Part shown: positions 40,362 through 50,965 of the stretch, piece by piece
Numbering within the stretch: the stretch's first letter is position 1
Layout: each line of letters opens with the position of its first letter
Origin: Octopus vulgaris
Taxonomy: Eukaryota
Length of the DNA stretch: 64,000 bases
Assembly (NCBI GenBank): GCA_951406725.2
Contig: OX597836.1
Span: 992,001-1,056,000 of the forward strand
Direction of reading: 5' to 3'
Notes under the pieces: generated by a model
What the model was told of the DNA's origin: nothing
The model's input: only the letters and a program-made list of their open reading frames with translations
The model's database searches: none
Translations under genes and position numbers: made by a program

Positions 40362-40552
40362 TACCACTACTACTACCACCACTACCACCACCACCGCTGC
40401 TGTTGCTGCTTGTTGCACCATCGTTACCTCCACACACCACAGAGGAGCTCCTATGTAGTCGTTCGCCCTCCTAGAAATAAAAACTAAAGTCTCTCAGCAC
40501 GCACATCCTGCTGTTTCAGCAAAGGACACACTGGAAGCTGTGACGCTGGCTG

Positions 40553-40593
40553 ACCCCAAGCGTCACCCCAAGCGTCACCCCAAGCGTCACCCC
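40553..40593. repeat. Perfect 12-bp tandem repeat (ACCCCAAGCGTC)x3.4
   Basis: Directly visible. Confidence 0.95.
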
Positions 40594-41684
40594 GTACAAA
40601 CAAAAATGACGCGAAGATTTTAGGCTTTCATTTTTAGGTTAACAAGTTTTCTTCTTTTCTATTTGTAAGACTGAGGTGGTTGTGTGCACCTTGTTGCTTC
40701 AGGGGAATAAAAGCCATAGTAGTAGTGGTGGAAGAAGAGGCAGGGAGAAGAAAGAGGTCGATGTGGAATGACAATGCCATTGTCAACCAGTGGGGTGGTA
40801 TTCTCTTAAAACGTACCCCAAAGATGTGCGCGTGTGTGAAGCTTGTCCTTGAAATGCAAGCATTATTTCGATGCGGACCTGAAAATGGTCGGCTGCTGAA
40901 CAAGGCCCAAGTATTTCTAATGTGGAACAGGAAGCACCGACTTTTAAGAGATTATTGTCCTAAATCAGGTTTTGTCATAATTTAGGGAATCGAAAATTTT
41001 CTTCTGGTCAAAACTTTGCCGGGAAGTTTTCAAAATGTCTGTCGGATTTCATCTGGCAACTTCGCTTTTCGGGGATCGATATTTAAAATCCAATTTTGGT
41101 AATTGGAGGTGATGCATCTACTTTTTCTCTCATCGACTTTCCATTAAAAAGTAAACGCTTTTGATCAGACCTGATGAGGGAGGGACTCGACCAGGTTTAA
41201 AATGCTTAAAACACACCGTATATCATGACGGCCTAAAATTAAGGACTCTGCGATATGACGGGCAGTTCTCGTTGATCTCTTGGTCTTTGTTTTAAAGCTC
41301 TTAGTAGTTGTTGGTTGCTGTTGGAAGTTAGCTTTCATGGCAGACCTAATCAAGCTTTCTTACCAAAGGCATTCTAAGCGATGACCATCACGTCTTTTGT
41401 TCAGAAAAAAAAAACCATCGACGTTATCCAGTTTGTTCTTTGTTGATAAAGGTGTTGTTTAATTCCACATCAATTCGGAACAAATGGACAGACCTAGGAT
41501 CATAGGTTTTCCAGAAAACTTTTATTCAGAAATCGTTTCATTGACTGCTTTGCTTAGCAGGATTTTTCTGTGTTGCTGTTCTCATGCAGAGAGACCTACA
41601 ATGAAAAGCAGGTTGACCAATGGTCAAAAGGCAGATGAACCCATGACCAACAATCATCTTAAATCAGTTTTTTTCTGGATATTC

Positions 41685-42031
41685 TTTTATCTTCTTGTTT
41701 CTGTCATTAAACTGCGACCATGCTGGGGCACCGCCTTGAAGAAATTTTAGGCGAATGAATCGACCCCATTACGTTTTTTTAAATCTTGGTACATGTCTCT
41801 TTTGCTGAACCGCTGGTTACGGGTACGAAAACGAACCAACACCGGTTGTCAAGCGGTGATGACACCCCACTCACACACATACGATGCACTTTTTTCTGTT
41901 TCCGTCTACCAAATCCATTCACAAGGCTTTGGTCAACTTGGGGCCATAGCCCCAAGGTGCCACTCAGTGAAACCGAACCCGGAACCATGTGGTGGGGAAG
42001 CAATCTTCTTGTCACACAGCCACGCCTGCGC
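41685..42031 (-). mobile_element. tRNA-derived SINE family A
   Basis: CATGCTGGGGCACCGCC tail...TTCCGTCTACCAAATCCA...CACAGCCACGCCTGCGC head. Confidence 0.88.
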
Positions 42032-43380
42032 TTATATGGTATATGTAAGCCTTATAATCCTCTAGTGTCCTCAACGCAAGAGTTTAATTTTAGGGAGGTT
42101 GCTGTTGTTTCTAGCACGTCAAATAAATGCACAGACCAACCCCATTGTTGTTGTTTGAGCTACTCATTAGTCTTGACGAAGCTGACCCCTAACCAAATAT
42201 ATCCGTGACGTCATTATTCTATTTGTCCCGAGCAGTGTGGAATGTCTAACACAACATGGTCATAGAAACTGTTCTTTGTTTTTGATAACGGAAGAAAGAC
42301 CGTAGCTGCTGTTTCTAGCATGTCGAGCGACCTTTGAGAGCCACAGCCACTGACTCGTTAAGTGGGCTTAACAGACAATATTGATTCTGGGAGGTCGAAT
42401 TACAAATGTATCTATTTGTGTGTTGAGTGAAATATACACCCGTTCATTTCATATAGATATTTGTGTAATCGTAAAGAATATCAGAATCGATTAGAAATCG
42501 ATTTATAATGATGATGGCACACCAAAACACTAAAATAGTTTATAAACCATTAACCGAAGCAGTAAACTGTTTAAATTATTTATGAACTTAGACAATATAT
42601 TACATTTGTTGTGAATGTGTATGTATGTGTCTATGTGTGTGTGTATATTTTCTGCTTTCAATTATTTAAATTCCGCCCCCGAGGAAGGAGTTTGTTTCTA
42701 AAAAAGACAGAAAAACTCCACCGTTGGAATGTAGATAACAAAAACACTCGTATTTTGAAGTTGAAAAAATTTTTGCATATTTTTGCAGTTCCACTTACTC
42801 ATTGCATATACAATGTACGAGCTTGGTGGTTGATTTCCTTTTCTGAAGACTTTAGTTCATCCAGATTGTCACTTAGGGGTTTACTCACAAAACCAAATGT
42901 GCCAATTATTATCAGTATAAACGTGAATTTATAATCTGAGTATAAAAGCTGGAGGTTTCGAAGCAGCTGTCCAGTTATTCTCCTTCTCTTTAATTTTTGG
43001 GAAATCTCCAGTAAGTCGGTACGTTCCTATACCAGTAAAACTGCTAAAATATCTTTCATTGTATCCATAGCGTACATTTCTGAACAGACATATTGAGCAT
43101 GGCTTTAAAAATTCATTTTATATTAGACTTATATCAATAAATAATATACGCGTCACAAAGTATTTTGATTTCAAATATTAAATTGAGAAATGTCAATACG
43201 CTTTTCCGAAAGTATTTGCTGATTGAAGACAAGATATAAACACCCAGGGAAGATGCATCGCACAGTTGCACTACGTAACACACGACCATACTGACAGGAA
43301 GCTTCAAAATGTCTGCTACAGACAAGCAGAGAAGTCTATGTCGCACTAACGACCGTTACATTGATTGTCATATCAAAACA

Positions 43381-43530
43381 AGTTTCAAAGGCTGTCATAG
43401 CCGGGAGTGGTAGCAGGGATAAGCTCCCACTGCCTACAAAGTGCTCCCACGGCGTGCGTCTCAAATAGCCTCTGACAGTCAAGTCCAACTCCTGGTCTTC
43501 CCGCGTCGAAACTGTTCCCACTAACAGGAG
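43381..43530 (+). ncRNA. Putative HDV-like (CPEB3-type) self-cleaving ribozyme, possibly degenerate
   Basis: P1 AGTTTC (43381-86)/GAAACT (43508-13); P2 CTCCTG (43489-94)/CAGGAG (43525-30); P3 GTC/GTC (central mismatch) around L3 TTCCCGC; GT after P1'; J4/2 CTAA with candidate catalytic C43521. Manual threading only. Confidence 0.6.
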
Positions 43531-44092
43531 AAGGGGGCAAAGGCGAGTCACTGGCGCCTTAAAACCAGTTGCTTCGGGTAGTTGGGATTCGATAGCCTTG
43601 ACTGGCAGCCGAACTAGGAGAGGGAAACTCCGATTTCAAACCTCTGCTGCCTTGCGGCAAGACCCCCTCTTCGGGAAGGCTAAGGGAGTAAACCCCGACA
43701 GAAAATCCGGAGCTGGAGCCTCTAAGGCGGCCTGACACAACACGTCATCACCGGCAACTCCTGCGACACATCTGGTACCAAGCTGTATCGACCCGTCGTT
43801 CCCTTGAGGCTGCCAGCTGCGTGGAGAGGGGGGGGATCAAACTGCATAAGCAACAGCTGATCCCTCATACAAACCTGCCCAGGCCTTGTAGCTCAACAGG
43901 AAGAGAACCAGGCGAAAGGAACAGCAGCAGCAGCAACCACAGCTCTCATCCCCTTTCTCTTGCACCAGATGTGGTAGGGACTGCCACTCGGTGATTGGTC
44001 TGCACAGCCACACCAGGAAGGGCAGATAAACCCGCCACCTTTTCCGAGCTTCATCATCGTCTCTCGAGACGGACGGATGCCGACGACGACGA
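43381..44092 (+). mobile_element. Bipartite non-autonomous RTE-clade retroelement (5' UTR fused to ORF C-terminus and 3' UTR)
   Basis: 12-bp TSD CATATCAAAACA at 43369-43380 and 44093-44104; 43892-44029 encodes RKRTRRK...FSCTRCGRDCHSVIGLHSHTRKGR*, the zinc-finger-like C-terminus typical of RTE ORFs; ends CATCGTCTCTCGAGACGGACGGATGCC(GAC)n; no RT or endonuclease coding sequence. Confidence 0.88.
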
Positions 44093-44282
44093 CATATCAA
44101 AACAGGAGATTGGTAAAGAAATGTTTGGTGCTAGTTATTCGCCATTACACGTGTTTCATTTGCTAATGGGAATTACAAAATTATACATCTAGAAGAGACA
44201 TATTAAATATCTCCTACTAAAAATTCTCCAGAGAATCAAATAATTCAATTATCATTGTTATTATCATCATAATCATCATTGC

Positions 44283-44472
44283 AGCGATGAGCTGGCATTT
44301 CGGCTTAGCGACATTTCGTCTGTCTTCATGTTTTGAGTTCAAATTCTGCCGAGGTCGACTTTGCTTTCCATCCTTTCGAGGTTGATGAAATAAGTACCAG
44401 TTACGCACTGAGGTCGATGTAATCGACTAGCCCCCTTCCTCCAAAATTTTCAAGACCTTATGCCTTGAGTAA

Positions 44473-44475
<3 letters not shown>
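44283..44475 (+). mobile_element. SINE family B
   Basis: GAGCTGGCA...GAGTTCAAATTCTGCCGAGGTCGACTTTGCTTTCCATCCTTTCG...AAGTACCAG, (AAT)n tail. Confidence 0.88.
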
Positions 44476-44507
<32 letters not shown>

Positions 44508-44514
44508 CATTATT

Positions 44515-45050
44515 AAGTGAGAGAGCAGCGTATGCAATCAAAGTGACACTGGGGTAAAATACACGAAGCCCAGTATACCCATAATGACTGCCCATCTGCT
44601 AAGGGCTCTTCAGGCACATGCATCACAACCATATGTGTGTGACATGGTGATCTCATATCAAGATAAACAGCGCCAGATCTTGCAAGTCGGGTCCAGTTAG
44701 AATTTTCTTTAGGTCAAGTATCCATCCCGCTCAAAAGGCTTTTGAATGAGCGTTGTTTAATGTTGAACGAAACACCCATGTTTCCAGAGATGAATTATCA
44801 AAACCGCAAAGAATCCATCTCAACACATGGCTATGATGCTCCCCCACTACTTCTGCTGATGATCAGAGATGTACATATCGTCAGCCACTAAGGGACATGC
44901 TCAACTGGTTAAGGTCAAACACCTGACAAGCAAATCTGTGGTATTGAGCAGAATATTTGCTGCAGCCCATCTTTTATACCAAGACAAAACAATGTATACA
45001 TGATAACACTTCCAATCAGGTAAGATCAGAAGTCATGAGAGCCACAGCCT
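44515..45050 (-). mobile_element. Probable retroelement 3' UTR fragment bounded by (ATT)n tracts
   Basis: Non-coding mid-GC block lying between two (AAT/ATT)n tracts, within a TE nest; family not determined. Confidence 0.4.
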
Positions 45051-45099
45051 GATAATTAATTATTATTATTATTATTATTATTTTAATTTTAATCTGCAT

Positions 45100-46266
45100 G
45101 TTTGTTACAGTCACTTGCCGAGACACACCCAGTGTCCTGGGGCGAGCGAAGGATAAAAGATATTACAGTATGACTGAAAGCTTGGGAAGGGAGGTAGCGA
45201 AATGTCTTCATGTAATACAACACAGACTTTTAAATGGATAGGGTTTTTCCAAGGATGTGGGCAGTAATTGTCAGCACAATCTTTTGGATTTCTCCGAGAC
45301 ATGGTTCTCTTGGGATCTTATCTAGATATTTCTGACATCTCTTTCTTATCATACCTAGAACATTCACAATAACAGGAACAGTTCTCGTTTTAAGATGCCA
45401 CATCTTTTGTATTTCAATTTCCAGGTCCTTATATTTACTTAGTTTATCAAATTCTTTGACAGGTATATTTTTATCAGTGGCAACACATCTATTAGTCTAC
45501 AAGTCTTTTCTTCTCTGTCTTTAATAATCATGTCCAGTCGATTAGCTTGGATCGTTCTGTCAGTGTTGACTGGAAAATAACATTTTTACCCCCAACGACT
45601 GCCTCGTGCCAGCAAGCAGAAATGCTGCTGATTGTGTAGTGTTTACATATTTTTCAACGTTAATACTGTCCTACCCTATCCTGGCGATTTTGCATTCGTT
45701 AGTTGCCAGCACAGGGCATCCCGAGACGAGATGCTCTATTGTTTCGCTAAATGTGTTGCAGAATATGCATTTATGGTAGTTTTTTTTTTGTGAGCAAGCT
45801 TTGTTCTTATGCCGCCAATATGAGACATGCTTTCAGTCCACAGTTTCTCAGCCATTGATGGGCTGTTGTTTGGTCTACATCAGCATTTCGACTTTGAAGT
45901 ATATACTGTCCATGCAGGGGCTTCTGGCTCCACCGCCCCTCAATTTGTTTCTGCCACCGTTCTTTTTTGCAGTTTGCTTGATCCATTTTGCTTGCTTTTT
46001 GGCAGTGGTTTCAGGTTCTTCAACTATTTCATGGTTAATACCAAGTTCCCTTACGAATGTGCAAGCTTCCTTTACAATAGAATGGGTTTTTTGCTGCTTC
46101 GTGTTTGCACACCAGTCGCGGGGTCCAGTCTTCTGAATTAGGTAAATACCTGTTTATTGCTATTGTGGAGGTTTTACAGGACAATTCTACCTGCATCATT
46201 CCTCTTCCCCCATTACATCTAGGTAGATACAGACGATTAACATTTGCTTTTGGGTGGTGCATGTTC
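45100..46266 (-). mobile_element. R4/Dong-like RLE non-LTR retrotransposon, 3' part of ORF (decayed)
   Basis: Minus strand HHPKANVNRLYLPRCNGGRGM (post-RT motif), CIFCNTFSETIEHLVSGCPVLA (CCHC knuckle) and KLSKYKDLEIEIQKMW (RLE); multiple frameshifts; (AAT)n at the 3' end. Confidence 0.9.
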
Positions 46267-47145
46267 TTAGAAAGAGAGAAAGATCTCCTCGTTGAAGTAA
46301 AACTCCGGAAGAAAACCAAAACTTTCAGATAGAAAGGATCACGAAAGTACAAAACTATTGCAAAGCTTAATGACCACCTCGAGAACCCAGTTTCCAGGAT
46401 AACTGTTCGCCGGGAGCTGCAATCAGAAAACCACTACTTTCAAAAACAAACGTTGCAAAGCGCTTAGAGTGGAGTAAAAACCTACAGAATTGGTCCCATG
46501 GAGCAGTGGAAGAATGTTATTTTCTCGGGCGAGTCATCCTTTACCTTATTTCTGACCACCGACCGAGTATACGTGTGGAGACAGCCACAAGAAGCATTTG
46601 ACCCAGACTACCTTATTCCAACTGTTAAACATGAAGGAGGGTCTGGGGGCCTATATCTTGGAAATCTGCTGGCCCAATGGTTTCCCTTCAAGGCAGAATT
46701 AATAGTCAAGTCTATTTAAGCATTTTATCTGATCAAATGCATCCTATGGTTGCGGAACTGTTTCCGGAGGTAAAGTCAGTCTTTCAGGATGATAATGCAT
46801 CAATACATACAGCTGAAGTTGTTACTGAATGGCACAGGGAACATTCTAATGAAGTTGAACATCTTATCTGGCCACCACAGTCCCCAGATCTCAATATTAT
46901 TGAACATTTATGGTGCATTTTAGGAAAACAAGTAAGGAGTCGATATCCTCCACTATCATCACTACAAGAACAGGAGACTGTTTTAGCTGAAGAATGGACA
47001 AAAATTCCTTGGGAAATAATTCAAACTTTGTACGAGTCTATACCTCGTAGAATTCAAGCTGTAATTATTGCCAAAGCAAGTCCTACCCCATATCAAAATA
47101 AATCTGTTTGAAATTTGAAGGTGTTCCCATTATTTTGTCCACCCC

Positions 47146-47150
<5 letters not shown>
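46267..47150 (+). mobile_element. Tc1-family transposase pseudogene (DD36E spacing) with 3' TIR
   Basis: WKNVIFSGES...TVKHEGGS and FQDDNASIHTA...WPPQSPDLNIIEHLW...ESIPRRIQAVI motifs; frameshifts; terminal GGTGTTCCCATTATTTTGTCCACCCC next to (TA)n. Confidence 0.93.
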
Positions 47151-47198
<48 letters not shown>

Positions 47199-47343
47199 CT
47201 CACGCACTCTCGCACCCTCTCACACATATATGAACTTATTGAGGATTATACTTAAGCAGGTGCTGTAATGCACAAATACACACACACGCTGTCTCGCGCG
47301 CAGTCACACAAACCCATCCACATACATATTCATACTGAAGCGC

Positions 47344-47394
<51 letters not shown>

Positions 47395-48270
47395 CTACAA
47401 TCACGTAACCTATTTCTACGATAGAAGGAAAGCGTTGATTGTGCAAAGAGCAGAAGCCAGAAAGATTTGGACAATCTCCAAACTGACAAACATCCTTTTG
47501 CAGTCGTTGTTATGGCGATATGTCGCAGAGACCAGGGTTCGGCCGAGCGGAGTAATGGTCGCAAGGGCGGTTGACATTGGGTATGATGGCGATGGTGGTG
47601 GTGGTCGCGGTGTTGGCGTATTTGGAGGGCTGTGTGTTTGGTGGTGGGGAGGATGTGGCATGATGTGAAATATACATGGAAACGGATGTCAACTTGATGT
47701 CCATGTTGTTATTGTTGTTGCTCTGGTGATGTTGTTGTTGTTGTTGGTGGTGGTGATAATGGTGGCGGGTAAAATGTGTCTTAGAATGTTGATGTGGGTA
47801 TGACTATGTGCGTCTACATAAGTGCATGTATGTACGTGTGTATGTGTGTATGTATGTATGTATGTATGTATGTGTGTATATATATGTACGTACGTACGTA
47901 TGTATGCATGTATGTACGTGTGTATGATGTGTTCAGGTAGTTGATTCCGTCGGTGTGTTTAACATAGAAAAGTGTAGTCAAGCGTAACGTATGTGTGTGT
48001 GAGTAAAACTCTAAATATATATATATATATATGCATAAGCATACGGTATGTATATTTGTATAAATGTTAAAACAAGGATCTCTTACTTCAAAACAAAGAA
48101 TTACAAAAGTCGATTTAGGGAAAATGTTATTCTACCTTTGAGAGAAGAGGGAAATATACTGTGAAGTTGAATGGGTGTATATATGTGTATGTGTGTGTGT
48201 GTGTTAGATATTTTATATATATATACACACACATATATAAACACATATATAAACACATATAAAAAAAAAA

Positions 48271-48315
<45 letters not shown>

Positions 48316-48504
48316 TATAGGGGAGGGGCGATAGAGAGTAAGATAACTTAGATAACCTAGATATATTCCAGCAAAAGATTGGCGCAGTCCGTGTGTAAGT
48401 TGATAGCACCACCTGACAGGATCTGCTAAGTCATTTTAAAGTCAAGTTTTGTAGCATCATGACTCACTCAAGGGAGTGATCAGAGTAGTAACGATATGAA
48501 GATT

Positions 48505-48920
48505 GCAACGTCACACCGATAACCGGCTGGCGGAAGATCTGCCTGGGGTTAAACTAGAAGTAACATGGAACAGTCACTTCGGTGGCGCGATCAATTTTAC
48601 TTGTTAGTAGAGCTACAAGCTTCTTGGCTTGTTGCAAATCAGTGACCGATGGTCGCTTTGTTTACAATATATTACTGGCCGGACTGGACCCTGGCTATCA
48701 CTTTAGTGACCAGGTACTCGCGACTGGGGATGAGCCAACCAGCTCAAAACTGAGTCAGTCTCACGATCCTGTTGTCTGCGAGAGGATGGTAGGGGTTCGC
48801 TCCCCACCTGCCAGCAATATATATATTGTATATAAAGGTGCAGCGTCAACCGGCTTTCCAGCTAACGGAAGATCTGCCTGGGGTTAAATTAATAGTGACA
48901 TAGAACAGCCACTTTGATGT
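48505..48920 (+). repeat. Pair of diverged direct repeats of about 75 bp
   Basis: CGGAAGATCTGCCTGGGGTTAAA...ACAT.GAACAG.CACTT at about 48531 and 48866. Confidence 0.75.
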
Positions 48921-48963
48921 GGTGTTTGACCTTACTTATGTATACATACATATATATCCAAAT

Positions 48964-49007
<44 letters not shown>

Positions 49008-49090
49008 GCTACAAAACCTTCCCAAAACGAGAAACCGTTAATATTATCCTAGACAAAGCAGTTGCTGGTGTAATATTGTGATTAACTCAA

Positions 49091-49490
49091 GGCCGTGAGC
49101 TGGGCAGAAACATTAGGACGCCCGGTGAAATGCTTAGCAGTATTTCGTCTGTCTTTACGTCCTGAGTTCAAATTCCGCCGAGGTCGACTTTGCCTTTCAT
49201 CCTTTCGGGGTCGATAAATTAAGTACCAGTTACGCACTGGGGTCGATGTAATCGTCTTAATACGTTTGTCTCTGTTTGTCCCCTCTGTGTTTAGCCCCTT
49301 GTGGGTAGTAAAGAAATAGGTATTTCGTCTGCCGTTACGTTCTCAGTTCAAATTTCTCCGAGGTCGACTTTGCCTTTCATTCTTTCGGGGTCGATAAATT
49401 AAGTACCAATTGCGTACTGGGATCGATCTAATCGACTGGCCCCCACTCCCCAGAATTTTCGGGCTTTGTGCTTAGAATGGAAAAGAATAT
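49091..49490 (+). mobile_element. tRNA-derived SINE family B, full head with tandemly duplicated 180-bp body
   Basis: Head GAGCTGGGCAGAAAC...GAGTTCAAATTCC; the unit starting GTATTTCGTCTG occurs at 49140 and 49320; core GCCTTTCATCCTTTCGGGGTCGATAAATTAAGTACCAG. Confidence 0.92.
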
Positions 49491-50304
49491 TTTGAATAAC
49501 GCCATTTTCGAAATAGAAAGTCAAGTTTGGCAGTTATTTAGTTGAAGTATCGTGAATGCTTTTAAAGATCCGAAATTGTCACGACTCCATTATCTATTTT
49601 CATAATTTATTAATGTATTACAAAAACTATAATGGAGGGAATGTCTGTAGATTTCAAAGTTGTCGTCATTGTCATAAATATTTACGGCTATTTTTTTTTA
49701 ACGGCGCCATACTTAATAACGTCCAAGATGGCGTTAATAGTTCTGAAATAAATAAATAAAAGAGCGGAGGTGTTAAAAGGTTCGCTGACATAATGGAAGC
49801 TGTCAATTATTGAGACTCTGTCACATGTGTCTGTTTCTGAACTTTTGGTGACGTTGCGTCCTGTTGATGTTATTGGTAGTGAAGTAATGGCCGGCACAGG
49901 TCTTGTGTCACGTCATCCATTTGTGGCTTCCACTATTGCCATATTGGAACTCAAAAACGCTTTTGGGTTGGAAACTTCGACTCGTTAGGAACGCCTCGTT
50001 TTGTGTCTCTGGTCATCTTGGTCACTTTAAAGGTGACGTCATGCAAAGGTCTCGTTTAATCAGTTCTGCGTCGTCAAACATCCAAAAACAAAAGTCTGTG
50101 TGTCGAGTGTGGTTAGTTGCTTGGACACATCAGCCTTGCCCAAACGAAGCATAATGTTGTTTCGCTTGGCAGAAGCGGTACTTAATAACCAGTTGTTGTT
50201 TTGCTTAGCAAATGATGAGGAGTGGATAAGGGAGGAAAAACAAATTTAAATGTGCTTCTTCAACTTAGCACAAACGCTATACTCACACATATATGTGTGA
50301 GAGC

Positions 50305-50374
<70 letters not shown>

Positions 50375-50377
50375 ATG

Positions 50378-50790
50378 GAGAAGAACTGAGATCGCCAAGA
50401 CGTGGCAGCTACGAGAGTCGAACATAGAAGTTGTGCCTATTGTCATCGGAGCAAAGATCTGGACATTTTAGAAATACCCTACAATGTAGGTGTATTGCAA
50501 ACATCGGCACTTCTTGGAACTGCACGCATATTGCGTAAAGTATTGTCTGTCTGAGGTCCTTGTTGTCACTTGACAAACAGTCTAAAACAATATCTTCAAT
50601 TAACAACATCACGATATTGGACACTGTGCGACATCTTGTAATAATAATAATAATAATATATTTGCCTCGTTGGCACGGCCAGAATAATCCAGAAAGTATT
50701 AGATGGCTGAAAAGAGCACGGTACCGTGGGCGGCAGGAATGCAAGACTCCAGGAGCTCCAACAAAAACTGTGATGAAGAGAAATTAATAA
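50378..50790 (+). mobile_element. R4/Dong-like LINE extreme 3' ends (two short fragments)
   Basis: RTEIAKTWQLRESNIEVVPIVIGA and SALLGTARILRKVLSV*; after (AAT)n a second remnant reads GTARIIQKVLDG*. Confidence 0.75.
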
Positions 50791-50799
50791 TAGTAACAA

Positions 50800-50965
50800 T
50801 AATCCTTTCTCTTATAGGCACAAGGCCTGAAATTTTGTGGGGGGAAACTCGTTGATTACATCGACCCCAGTATTTCACTGGTACTTTATCGACCCCAAAA
50901 GGATGAAAGGCAAAGTCGACTTCGGCGGAATTTGAACTCAGAACGTAAAGACAGACGGAATGCTC
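50800..50965 (-). mobile_element. SINE family B
   Basis: AGGCACAAGGCCTGAAATTTTG...AAGGATGAAAGGCAAAGTCGACTTCGGCGGAATTTGAACTC. Confidence 0.88.

Noticed and set aside
40013-40474. Protein-looking ORFs with poly-T/S/G/L/P tracts
   Set aside because: 39995-40180 resembles the old dispersed repeat family C, and the rest is (CAC)/(CTA) trinucleotide repeat.
40553-40593. Short direct repeats as a possible CRISPR array
   Set aside because: The units are contiguous 12-mers without spacers, there are no cas genes, and the context is eukaryotic.
41168-41215. CTGATGAG hammerhead-like core
   Set aside because: No downstream GAAA box or closing stems.
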